Assembly: GCF_000002075.1 (NCBI RefSeq)
Contig: NW_004797297.1
Coordinates: forward strand, 1,847,323 to 1,911,322
Source of the DNA: Aplysia californica
Taxonomy: Eukaryota
DNA: 64,000 bases
Direction: 5' to 3'
This document shows, in pieces, positions 14,601 through 27,373 of the stretch (positions are counted from its first letter, which is position 1; each line of letters starts with the position of its first letter). Position numbers and translations under genes: made by a program. Under the pieces are notes generated by a model. That model saw only the letters and a list, made by a program, of their open reading frames with translations. It did no database searches and was not told where the DNA came from.

Positions 14601-17600
14601 GTAACTTCTTTGCCATATCAACAGGCTGAAGGGCTCAAACTCAAAGGGCCAATGAATCAGAAAAGTAAAGTAAAATAAGTAAAGAAAACTTTTTAGCTTC
14701 AGAGGTAGTCTTGAAAAAAAATTGAGTCACAAAACACTAGTTCTAAAGACAAGAGTATCTGCAAAAAAGAAACAGAGCCTGTACCTGTCTGTTGGGTACA
14801 CTGTTACTTCTACGATGGCCAGGTTTTCCTGATGTCATCCGCTCTCCCTCACAGTCTGTCTGCAGAAGTGAGCCCTGAACATCTGGAGGAAGACTTCTAG
14901 AATCCTGGGAATTCACTAAGTAAAGAAAATGACATCAGAGGTACATTATGTTGTCATATCTAAACTTAAGTATGCTGGCAAAGAGAAGATCTGGTACATA
15001 AAAAAGGAAACCAAGAACCACATTTTTTCTCATCTACGGAAATACAAAATGTTGACAAATTGTAAATTAAAAGTTTTAGAAAGTTAAACATTGACATTTT
15101 CAGTAAACAAACAAAACAAGAACATCAGAATTAGATGCTTTCACGAAAATTTCAGAATATTGTTAAGATGTCTTTCAAGAGTGCCATCATCTTCTTGCAT
15201 TAGACAATGCCAAATCACTTCTGTTGACAAATCACATTTTTAAATGAGCCATGAATACTTTTCGTGCCAATTTTATGCCCCAGCCAAAATAACAACAACA
15301 CTTACATGATTATCTTAAGTCATTATTGTGAGGATTTCTTCTTTAAAATTACAAAAAACAGCACAACCAGCTAACAAAAAAACCCAAAGTGCAGCCCTGG
15401 CAATCACTGTCCAACATTTTTATAAAACAAATCCTGCCATAACCTTACCAGTTGGGCCATCAGGGTGCGGGGTAAAGAATCCTTGGCCTCTATACTTGCT
15501 GTGTGCTTCCACTTGGTCAGAAAACAAAAGGTTAGGATCCTTTCTGAGAAGAACAAGACCATTAGCACAGTAATCATTATTGCATTACTAAAAAGAAATC
15601 ATTAAAGAAACATTTTTTATCTTCATGTTTCTATCAAGCCAATAACATCACTGTGGTAAAAAAAGATAGTGCAATAGTGTTTTTTAGGGAGGGGATTTTA
15701 TCCAAGGCTGTCCGTTTGACTGAACATTTTTGGGTGCTTGCATTCTATTTTTTTCTTTGTTTTTGTCTTTACTTAGCACAGATAATAGAGTTTCCTTATC
15801 AGTCATGTATTATCTTAATCAATATCATAATTTTCAACTGGCTTCATTTATACACTCGATGCAAAATTTGAAAATAGAGTTATGTTGCTATCCTGCATCC
15901 TGACTACAACCCACATCTAATTAATCAATTTTCTTTGTGGCAAAATTTCTTCCACAACACCACCGCAGCATTAAAAATCTTTTTTTTGTTTGTTTGCTAT
16001 ATTACGCATTTTTGTGAGAGCTTTATCTCCTCATTTTTTCTAGTCCTAGAATTATGGATATATATATAGTATAGTGGGTTCTGCTATGTAGGCTATGCCT
16101 TCATACATCCTACCTGGAGCCATCTCCAATCCTCTGCACATTGTCTGATGGGGCCGCCATGATGTGAGGATATAACTCTTCTGCTTTACTCAGCGCTGAT
16201 GACTTTGGGGCTGGTGCGATCTTATTGGCAGCTTGACTCTGGAAAAATGACAGACTGTGTACAACTAAGCACAGATAACTCAACATGCAAAACTCGAATT
16301 CATACTCTGAACAATATGGCATTTATCGACTGAACTGCTATCATATTCTTTGTATTGGCAGCACTGATTTCTCAAACACCCATAAGAATATGTTGAACAG
16401 CTCATCTCGAAAAGCCCAAACAGATTTTTCCTCAAAATTGTCTTTACTTCAAATTTCCCTGCACGCATTATGAAAAACGGTCAAACCTGACATCATCGAG
16501 AGTATCAGGATACATGAGCCCACCAGGTACGCCCTCGCATAGCGTGATGTGACACACTGCTGGTATCAAGACACAAAATCACACACAACCCATAAAGTGC
16601 GTAACTTCCTTGAATCTAGTCATGTGAGGGTGGGTGCTGGGTGGTAAGATATGATCGAAGACAGACAGTATCGTGCTGCACTGAGCTATATGGTGTGTGA
16701 ATTATGTTTGGGTTTGATTGCGTGCGTGTGTGGTTGTTTGAACTTGAAGGTATGGATTGGGACGTGATTACATAAGAGGGGTTGGTGGTGCGTTCTGACC
16801 AGTGTTGGTTATATTGTTCTGACCCTGATCAGACTGTTCTTAGTTGCCAGGTTCAACAGGATCCCTCTCTTCCTTTCTTTTGCTTTGACACCGTACAAGG
16901 CACATGCACAATCCATCACTTCTAGTCTTTTAGCAATATCACATAGCTTTCATGATGGCAGAAAAGAGAAAATATTTGTCAGACAATAGAACTCCCACAG
17001 CAAATTTTAACAGAGGTTGACTAAAAGTCCTGTTGTAAAATGGAAGTTTGTTAAAGGTATGATATCCCTAAATCAACCCTTTCAGCGTTTCTATAAATTT
17101 GAGATAAAATTTTAAATGCCAGCAATTGATGTCAACCCAACCGAAAGCAAGCACACTTTGCTGATACAGTTACTTCCCTTCATTTCCTTCCAAATCTCTC
17201 TTTTTTTTGCAGTTTTGCGGCTTACTCAAATTACAGATCTGTTAATCTTCCACATGATTGAGATAACCAAGATCACCTGAATAAACATTCTAATAATGTG
17301 AACAGGAAATTGAAATAGAATACAAAGATGAAGTCAAGCAAAGTAGCGGTACAGTATTTTCTTATCTTATACTTGAAGATGCAGAGTGATTTCTGAGTAG
17401 ACAGAAAGGACAACATAGAGAAATTCAAGTGAAAATTTGTTATGGCAGAGTATCATACAATTTAACATATAGTCGTATTTTTTGTCCGAAAACGAAAAAA
17501 AAAACTGATTTATTTCTGAACACTATTTACACATGTACTTTGGTAAGACCATGACAAAGCACCTTTTAGATAAATCAGAGTGAAGACTATCAAATAATTG

Positions 17601-20600
17601 AATAACGGTTTAAAAAATTCTCATGCCCACAGCTTAAACTCAGATAAATTCAGGTAACCCCAAAACCCAATAAAAAACTTTAAAAGAATATTAGTTTCAA
17701 TATAATTGGACCAAAAAAAAACAAAAAAACAAAAACAAACTCACTTTGATAGGAGCATCATCCATCGGCCTATCTCGATGTTTTGGTGATTTGGGAGCAT
17801 TCAAGAACTTCAAACCTAGAACAAATTCATGATGTATTGTGAATTTGAAATACTGTGAATGTTAATGTATTTTGAGTTAATTGTCCGAGTGAAAAGGCCA
17901 ATGAAATAATTAGGGTGAAATTCTTTGGCAAGCCCCATCCCTCATTTCTTGTGGAGTTCCAGGAGAGAATAAGAATTATTTTGCCTTGATGTATTCTAAA
18001 TGGGTTAATGCATGGGGGGTGGGGGGGGGGGGGAGGAGGGAGAGAAAAAATGAGCATGTACTGTGATTAATAGACTTTAACTCTTTCAGGATTTTTAGGC
18101 ACTGGAAAAACTATAGAGTCAAAGAAACAGCGCGACTGGAGCAGTGGATGTTTCAAACACTGACCTAGAGCTCATTCAGAATAGGCAAAAGTACAACACT
18201 GATGTTCAAATGCATAAACCCATTAGATTATTCAAACCAAGGCCATACTGTAATTCTTTAGTATTTCCTTCTTCCTCACCCTAATGCAAAGACTAAATTG
18301 CAATCACAGAAAAATTTTCTTGTTCCTGCATTCTCATTGTGTGTAACATGACATTTGGGGAAAGGCATAGCACAAATATGGGGCAGTGTGATATAAGAAT
18401 AATAATAATAATAAAACAATAAATCACATTTATAGTACTCTAACCCATACATGATAAAGACAAAAAGTATAATTTATATTACAAACTTTAACTATCGTCA
18501 TTTTTTTTTTTTTTTAAATTGATAGTTCGGGATGAAAAGAATTATTCAACCCCCCAAAACAACCTTTTGTGTTGGGATACAGATAACAGGCCAAAAGTGA
18601 TGGAGAGACAGATTGAAAGTAGGTCCTACCTGCAGCGCACTCCCACCACATCTGAAGTCTTGACACAACAATATTTTAACAGATAACGAAAGATAATGGC
18701 AATACTTTTCCCACGTCAGCTCCTAACACATTGCAGTAAAAATTAAAACTTAAAACTTCAATTTGCTTTTCTTTTCTTGATATGCACTTCAACCATAAAG
18801 AAGAAGGAAAATACAAACACTCACTATCCAACGTGTAATCTTCTACTGCGTCTTCTTTTGCTGCTGAGCCTGTGAGAGGGCGAGGAGCGCCAAAATCTCC
18901 ATTGTTGCGATTCATAACATCAATGACTGCCACATCATCATCTACCAGTACTGAGGACAAAATAAATGATTGTGTCCTATAGGCCACTGAAGAGCTATAA
19001 GACCTCATACAAGTAACTGAAGTAAGTGGACTGTAGGGAGACACATTTTAATTATTTGTTAACATTACAAGAATCCAAACTAAAAGAAAAGTAAAAGTAA
19101 ATCTCACTGTAGTTAAATTCCTAGATAGACTCTTGTTTCTTTTTAAAACAAATTAATGTTACAATCTTTGACTTAGGCCTAATCTTATGAGATGCAACCT
19201 AGCTTAATTCTGTTGTTTAAGTGCAAACTAGTTTACTGACATTTGATAACAATTCAATCTCTTTCTCTTCTGAGGTACCCAAACCCGAACATTTTTTAGT
19301 TCATGTATAAGAGTCGAAGTTTGTATTTGTGATGAACAACAGTTTTTTACTAGGCCTAAGTAATAGTTTATGCCAACAAAATAATGATTATTCCAGTTAC
19401 AGAGAAAGTACGTGTGTATTCCAAAAAATATCCTCGTACAATTTTTACAGTATAGATAGTGAAAGCTATCACCATAAGAGTATGAATAGCAGAACATTTT
19501 CCCCGACATATCATTATAAATAATTTAACATGTGACAACTTATGACAGAGTTCATCAGCGTACATATACACTGCCCACATTTCTGACAAGGAAAGCGGAA
19601 AAAAAAACTTTGAATTTCCAGACTTTGTAATCCTGGTGCATACATCAAAATTGGGTAATTACGCTTTCACGTTTGCCATTATCAAGACGTATTTGTTCAG
19701 AGAAATGTATACATAAAGTTTGATTTGCCAAAGCATCAGACTAATTCTTTTTAAAGGACATACAATACATGTTGCAGATTCATATGGGGACAAAAAATTT
19801 GATCCACAAAAATGGATGTTTAATGCTTGGAGAATTACACAGACGATATAATCAAAATAATCAGTTTTGTGAAACCTAAAGCCAATTTTCTGTATACTCT
19901 AATGCAATAAAACATTTGGACCATTGAGGAATCCACTTCTCTCTCCCTGAATAAAGCAACAAAAGCAAGTTAAATTATGAGTGACCAACCTGAGGGCCCT
20001 TTCATTAGTTTTGACATCATTTCTGTTCGTGGATGTGGGGATTTTGAGACATTCGGAGGTTGTGTAGGTTTTGGCGTCATCTCGGCGGCTTGGCTACTGC
20101 TGAAATGGACCAGGGCAGCCTGTCGTTCCCGGTCCCTGACACCTCTGTCATCTGATCAAAAATATGTAACATCAAAAGATCATAATACTCCAAAGACCAT
20201 ACTGAATTGCTCGAGCTGTTAACGATGTTTTATAAATGAGAGGGATCTATCAGTTTCACTTGTGAAGACAGATTTCCTAATGTTGAAATAACAATTTTAA
20301 AATAAAAAGACAAAGATTAACTTCCCTTATCTCACAGATAAAATAGGACCTTGGGAGAGAAGAACAGATAACAATACTACTAAACAAGTAACCTTCAACC
20401 ATATAGATAAATATGTTACATTAATCATCTGCCCTGGACAATAAACTGACAAAAAAGTAACATGTTTAAGATTAAATCAAGTTAAACGTCACAATGGGAA
20501 TAGATTTTTTAACAATAACTCAAAACTTGAAAAAAAAAATCTTACCAATACACAACTAGATTTCCTCCTAAGAGACAGAGACCAACTGCTTCAAATTAGA

Positions 20601-23600
20601 TGCATGCTCAGACCACACTCTTTTCTATCATTTTATATACCCATGAATAAACGGTCCAGCAGATGCAAACAAGGAAAAGAACATAAAAAAAGAATTCTAC
20701 TTCATACATCTGCACATAAAGTCAATCAGAAAAAAATCCAACTACTGCTGATGTTTGGTTTGAAATTAAGAGCAAGTTTCCACAATAACAGCCCAAGTTT
20801 TCCACATTAGATTATGACAAAAACACATCAACCACTTGCACAAAAAGTATCATCGTACCAAGTTTCTGAAGATTTGGCAGCATATGAATGAGGTAGAGTC
20901 TGTAGTCAGGTTCATTCCTGGTCACTGGGTTCAGACGGAGGTCAAGTTCCTTCAGGTTCTGGTTGTGCTTGAGTCGAGTCAGTTCTTCCAAAGTGCTCAC
21001 ATTGTTATAGTAACTGAGCTTTGTCAAGGAGATTGATGAGAACAATACTGAACTTACATACATCTAACATAGCAGATAATGACTTGTGGGGATATCTACT
21101 CTACTATGAATGAAAATTCAGTCGAACCTGGCTTAACGGAAACCTGTCTTAACGCAATCTCCCCGATCCCCCCTTGATATATTCCTCTTTAATTACCTGT
21201 AAAAAACGGAAACCTATCAAATGCGGAAACAGAAGAAAAATCTGCTTCCTTCCGAGTGTTTTACCTGTCTAAAACGGAAATTGTTTAGTTCGCTCAGCCC
21301 TGATTTGAAACAAGACTCGCAAATTTAGTTCTGCCAGCTTTAAACTAAACGCCATGCTTCCGGGCAAGGAAAGGGAGTAGGGGTGCAATTTGAGGGTAGA
21401 TTTTTACCCCATCTATGTGAAGCCTGAGTCATGGCGTACAAATACCGCTCTTTTAGTTTGCTCAGCAATGGAACGACCAGGTCACGGTTGGCCGGGTCAC
21501 ATAGAGGTCACCAACCCCACCTCAAGCTACCTGTGTGGGCAGCCGTTAAACAGAATTTTTCAAAACATATTTTATCGGCTTACGCAAGCAAACAATATCA
21601 TATGTTGACACAAGTTTGTTCTTTAGAGAAAGCAACTTAACTTTTTTATTGGTACGAAGAAGCAATACTATGGCTGCTCACGTTTTGGAGTTAGATGCTC
21701 TTAAAATGTCTGTCCATTAACAGTTAGTCGAAACAACAAAAACATACTTCAGTAGCAAATAACTTATTAACTTGCCGATAAATATTTATAAAGCTGGTAA
21801 ATAAGACAGGTTTATGTCTGAAAATTTACTCACTGAAAACTTAGTCTGCAACAGTACTGTGGACTTGTCATGAGCATCATAACTAAAATGCTTCCCTTCA
21901 TTCATGGCTTTTTTCCAAAGGAATATGTATCCTCCTATCATTATACAGCACCGGGTTCTCTGTTTAATCCCAGCGCCTCTAAAAATCTCATGTCTCTGAA
22001 CAGAAGGTATCCTCTTAAATTTGGTGGCCATTTGTATGTCATCTGATTGTTTAGATGGGCCCGCTATGTGTTCTCTGGTGTCTTGTAAAATACATGCCCA
22101 TTTGTGTTCTGTTGGTGTCTTGACTTTTATGTCTGTTTCCCCGGAGCATCTATTCTCTGTAAGAATAATGGCTGTCCCTTTGTTTTCAAATTTACAACTT
22201 TCTTCTTTGGATCTAAATTTAGTTTTCTTTTGATGAGATGTGTTCTTAGTCTCTCTTCTCCTTTTGTAAGAAGTTGATCCTCTGGCTTGTTTAATGAGTG
22301 AGTGAATGTAAGTTCATATTTGAACATCGGAGATATTGACATTAACACATGTTGTGAGTGTTTGTGACCTTGAAGTTTTCATAAGTTTTGATGAGGTGAT
22401 GGGATGTGGTGTTAGGTCAAGACCTGTTTCTCCATTATGCTCATGGCTGGATGGTAGTGTAATGGCCACTTGTTGCAGGGCTGGCAATAAGACTTGTTGG
22501 TGTGTCATCATTTACAGCAAGACTATATAATGTTTGTAATATGTCGTCATGGGAGCAGCTCGACCCTAGAGGAGCAGCTTTTCTTGGTATGTAGTCACCA
22601 ACAAGACTCAAGCGATGCTGACAAACGGAAAAAGAGTTCACATTTATGTTATTGTTAAAGGTACACCATATGTTACTACTAGCTTCAACAGCTATCTTTC
22701 GGCTTGAATTGACGTAACACTCCTTCTGATTGTTGAAATCGCAGTAAAACACTTGACACAAATATTAGCGGAATACGACAGTTCACCTTCGTTCTCACAT
22801 CAGTCCAATAAATCAAGAGAATTGGAGATTTCTGTAACCTTTTTTTTTTGTTTGACAGTAAAATTTAAATGCCCACACACTCGCCAAAATTCATTCAGAG
22901 ACTGTCTATGGCTCTTGAATGTGTAATTCATTGCAGTTGAACCATTTTTACCTTGGAACACAATTCACTAATTGGTTGCAATCCACTGCAAAGTGCTCCA
23001 GAAACAAAATTCACATCTTTAGATGCTTCGATGACCATCTCAAAGTATAAACAGAAATAAACACGATTGAGGACAGCAGCTGAGAGGTGAGAAGTTTTGA
23101 ATACTTGTGACTGCTTGCCGACCAGACAAGTGACCCTTGATCCCACCGGCTGGGCCTTTGAAACCTCCCTCCATTCCCCCCCCCCACTAACTTCCCCTGT
23201 CTAAGACGGAATTGTTTTCTGGCTCCTTTGCAATTCCGTCTCACACAGGTTCGATGGTAGTCAACATGTTATGATTCTGTATATTTTACTTTTTTTTAAA
23301 TTGCATAAATATATCAGGCAGAATGATACTTTGTTAGATACAAAATACTGGCAAGATGATGCACATCTCTCGTTTTCTCTCTCTCTGTCTCCCATCTCTC
23401 TTTCTTTCTGTCTCACTCCACACCCCCCTCCATCCCCTCTCTCTTGGTCTCCCTCCATCTCTAAGTAATAATAAGAAATCTACAAAAAGGATACAGGTTG
23501 AGTTTCTCTAACACCTGCAGGTGATCTAGGCCCTATGAGAGAGAAAGACATATATATAACCACATATAAGTTTTGTCATAGGCTATGTGGAAGGTCTACT

Positions 23601-26600
23601 AAATGAACAGTTAGTGTTTACAAATATATTTCGATATCATGTTTTCATACACTTATTAGCAACAAAAACTTTTTTTTACAAGAAGCCATTTAAAAGACCT
23701 ATCAAATTCTATGAGGAAAAATATCCACATCATCAGTTCAACATTAAAAAAATCTAAACAATAGCAGTTACAGTCTCAGTGTACTAATACTTTAACTATA
23801 ATTCGACGACAACACACATTTTTTAAATTATGAAAAAACAATTCTTGAGCATAACATAATTGTAAAGCCATTGTAAAAGTCTTACGCCCTCATTGATTCA
23901 ATATAACTTATACTTTCATCATTTAGGGGGCAAACCTCAACCCTGCCTGTCAAAGCTAAACCAAGCTGAAGGGGATACAATATCTGTGTAGAGAGATGGA
24001 GATAGTTTTATAGAAATTCTGCCCACTTGAAAAACAAACTAGCATCTTCTGCATGCAAAGGCAAAGTACTTTACCACTATACCACAGACGTTGGTGCATA
24101 ATACAACTGATAGATACAAAATCAAAATCCCAAACTTGGTTGGTAAAATGAAATATAAAACTTACTTGCAATGATTCAAGAGCATTTCTTGAAAAATCAA
24201 GAGATTTCAGACGTGAAAATTTGCGTAAAGATGTACCTATGGAGACTATCTTTTCATGAAACGTTCCAGGCAGGGAAAGCGACTTTATGTCCTCTGAAAT
24301 AATCACAAATGACGTCGATGAACCAATTTTCAAATTAAACGGCAAAAATAATAAATAACTTCTCATTCACTTCACTGTCAGTACTCATGTTCATTCTTCA
24401 ATATAATCTATATATCTGACCATTATGTATGCCTAGTATGTTATCTTCATTTGTAAAACATACAAACATTAAGTTCTTGATAAGGGAGCATGCATTAAAA
24501 AAATCCCTTGTAAAGTATTTAACTGAAAATTATATTATAAAGGAGGGGAATAAGTAGCCACTAAACAAAGGGAGGACGTTTTTCTCAAGGCTGAATAACT
24601 GTACTTGATATACAGGTAAACCCTAATAACATAAACTTTATCGAAGGGACCAGTGGATTTCTTCGAGTGTAGCAGATTTCGAGTTAAAAAGAAGTCGCAA
24701 TGCACAGAATAAAGAATGGGGGGGGGGGGGGGGGGGGGGAGAAGACTCCTGGGATTTGAAATCCACCTTTAAAAAAATCTGACTTTTATCGGAGTGCATT
24801 ATAAAACAATCTGAGTTAGAGACAAAACACCCTTTGGTTAGCAAGGTTCTCTGTCTCAAACGCTGCTCTGTACCTCGCTAAGGTAATAGTGAGGTTACTT
24901 CAGCACAATATGCAGTTTTCAGTTGCTCTGGACTAACCTCGCTGTCTTTGGGTTGTCTTTCAATTTACAGGTTCAACATGCCCTGGCTTGTTTTATTATG
25001 TTCCGAAGGCCAGCTATGAGCTTATATAGGCCTACATTTTGCTTGAGTGAAAATGTCTTTGTCCCTCAACACATTAGGTAAAATCGATAAAATATGTGAC
25101 AAATGGGAGGAAGATAGGGAGGCTCATTGACCTGTGGCAATTGACCAGCGCTCTGATTGAACGTCACAGAGGTTCAATGGATCATTTATATATTGTGTTG
25201 CCGTAGTGGATAGTATGGTTTGTTCATGATTACTCAAAGTGGGTTTTCGATCATTTGTAGTTTAAATTTCGATTTAATATTTTTACACACATTGTGTAGT
25301 AGGGTATTCATAAGGAATCTTTTGGTTTAAAAAAATTGATTTTTAGCAAAGTCATGAGGTGTTCCATCAAAGCACTGATGATATTAAAGCTAAAACAGAT
25401 GTTCAGCTCGTACAATACCCATAACAGAGTTTAAAAAGTGGAAACTGATTATTGTTCAAGCCCTCAGTTTGGTATGAACGAATTGAACAGTCCACTTTTT
25501 GAGAAACTATAAATTAAACAGCATTAAAGCTTTAAATTATATATCTTACACAAAAGAGCATGTAACTCTTAATCCACATTAAATGAGGAAGCGGCTATCC
25601 TCACGCGGGATGAGAATAAAAAGACGATCAACCTCTCACCCCGGGTGAGACTTGCCAGCGTTGGCTATTTTCACCCGGTGTGAAACAAGACCTCTTTTTC
25701 CTAATTTCGGAATATTGTCCATCGGTGTGGATGATCAAATTGACAAAAGCAAAGAAAAATTGACGTTAGAGCACAAAAGTAAACGAATTTGGTCGTCTAC
25801 AAAGATGCTATGGCTGTTTCACTTTTCGAATCGAGCCGAACTACGGGGGTCGCCATTTTGTTTTGAACGGAAGTTCTCGCAAGATCTACTCCTCCCCTCT
25901 CTCTCTCTCTCTCTTTCTGAATACTGTCTATCGGTGTGGACGATCAAATTGACCAAAACAAAGTTTTAAAATGACGTTAAAACAAAAGTAAATTAATTTG
26001 GTTGTCTACAAAGATGCTACGGCTATTTAACTTTTCGAATTGAGCCGAACTACGTGGGTCACTATTTTGTTTTGCCCGGAAGTTCTCGCGCTAGCCTACT
26101 GCTACCCCTCTCTCTTTCTTTCTCTCTCTCTCTCTCTCTCTTTCCACTGCCCACAGACAAAATTGCAACGCTTTTAGGCTAACAGTAATAACACAAGAGC
26201 GCTGGAACGTTTGTTCACGGCACAGAATTTTACAATTCTGTTATCACTGTAGAATTCTGTGGTTCAGGGTGAACGCAACACTGCTTGGCCTAGGCTATAA
26301 CGGTGAACGCAAACCGGGTGAGAATAGCCAAAAGGCTCGCCTGCACTATTCTCACCCAGTGTGAGAATAGAGGTGGCCTTAAATGAGGAGGATGAAAAAA
26401 AAAAGAAAAAAAAAGCAGCCCTCAGATCTGATTTCTGACTGCAGGATTCTCTGGTAACTCACTCTGCCAGCAACAGAGAACAAGACACTGTTCCCTAGAT
26501 GCTAAAGAAAGAGAACAGTCCTCAGTACAGAAATATAGGATTGGCAGTAATTTAAAAAACAATCCAGCACCAATGCAGATGTTTCATCAGTTATCCATTT

Positions 26601-27373
26601 CATACATTTGAGGGAGGGCAGATTTTCCTTTGAGATATAGTGTGCACGCGAGCAACCATTAATTTGACAAGCTCTAATCCGATCATGCATATCAGATTCT
26701 TTTGACCAAATGACAATGGGAATCCGCCGATATAAACAAACATATTTGAAGTTTTAAGAACAACAATTTAACCTCCTTTCACAGGGAATCTGAAGATTCT
26801 CCAGTTCACAAACCAAGGTATTCAAAAGTATCCTGTTATTAAAAGAATTGCAATGGCAAATTTATTAACCTAATGATAATGACACTGACAGTGGCAGTTA
26901 CTTGACCCAAGGCTAACAACTGCTTCGGCTTCAGTGACTGACAGCCCTCTTAGCTAGAGCTGCCTCTTTCAGCTCTTGCCATGGGCTCTTAACAGAAGGG
27001 TCTACGTTACAAGGTAAAGTTCATTTAATATTTTCGAGTTTTCAATGTGATATAACATGGCTATTCAAATGGGTTTTGGTGGAATCATTGCGTTTTCGTG
27101 TACATTTTACGCGTCATGTTCAAACACGTTCATTACTGTTGCGAGAAGTAGCCTAACTTAAACTAAGAAGTGAACAAGATTAAATTGGAAGTTGGAAACA
27201 CCCCTTTTAGCTGTAAAACGAAAAGACTAACATTTCTGTGGAAATTTATTAAGCTTGAAAATAAGCAACACGTCAGAGAGTGAAGTAAACCATCACAATT
27301 ATAACTCACCTAAGTTTTCATGAGTCAAGTTGACTCTGTTACGGATTAATTGTTCAGTTAAGGTAAGCGCCAT
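9005..27373 (-). CDS. CEP72: Centrosomal protein CEP72 (CEP72/LRRC36 family), ~635 aa, 15 coding exons
   Basis: Phase-consistent exons: 27310-27373, 24166-24293, 23495-23532, 20859-21013, 19990-20151, 18825-18950, 17745-17815, 16114-16238, 15449-15543, 14785-14915, 13153-13279, 12255-12448, 11671-11821, 9719-9833, 9005-9230 (1908 nt). N-terminal LRR/LRRcap: IKSLSLPGTFHEKIVSIGTSL...LNLYYNNVSTL...LDLRLNPVTRNEPDYRLYLIHMLPNL. Internal motif LLNLVDRYWNGSQSLH and C-terminal coiled coil ELASMLQESHKSLVETNDHLLKEL match CEP72 hallmarks. Confidence 0.93.
10642..10830 (+). mobile_element. Left end of pogo/Tigger-like MITE with ~20-bp subterminal tandem repeats
   Basis: TA|CAGTAGTCTCCGCCTAA is the same terminus type as the 47252 element. 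Repeated CTAAACGCACGCTCCGATCC. Right TIR not found. Confidence 0.65.
12520..12759. mobile_element. piggyBac-type MITE
   Basis: TTAA|CCCTATCCGTACG ... CGTACGGATAGGG|TTAA: perfect 13-bp TIR with TTAA TSD. Confidence 0.9.
13762..13935 (-). mobile_element. Short retroposon fragment, second family sharing the SINE 3' tail (other copies ~5700-5850 +, ~39805-39962 -, related ~3535-3760 +)
   Basis: Shared body GGCGGGTGCTCT..TGTGGTTTGCT..TTCTTTCCTATCAAAC...TTTATGTTTGTTACTCTCTTGTAA, followed by the ATATGACCTTAT...AAAAC tail. Confidence 0.75.
21014..23494 (-). other. U12-type (minor spliceosome) GT-AG intron, CEP72 intron 3
   Basis: On the minus strand the 5' splice site reads CT|GTATCCTTTT. The 3' end reads TCCTTGAC-AAAGCTCAG|T, a U12 branch point about 9 nt from the AG with no polypyrimidine tract. 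Splicing restores the conserved ...KLNL-YYNNV... frame. Confidence 0.92.
21119..21800 (+). mobile_element. pogo/Tigger-like MITE remnant inside the U12 intron (right boundary approximate)
   Basis: CAGTCGAACCTGGCTTAACGGAAACC terminus with repeated AACGGAAA motifs. A complementary end-type fragment occurs at ~45308-45338. Confidence 0.55.
25587..26378. mobile_element. Non-autonomous DNA transposon with palindromic subterminal motifs and an internal ~205-bp duplication
   Basis: Flanked by direct repeat TTAAATGA(GGA) at 25579 and 26379. Repeated TCTCAC-CC(C)GG-GTGAGA-type palindromes at both ends. 25720-25915 is duplicated at 25929-26130. Confidence 0.7.
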
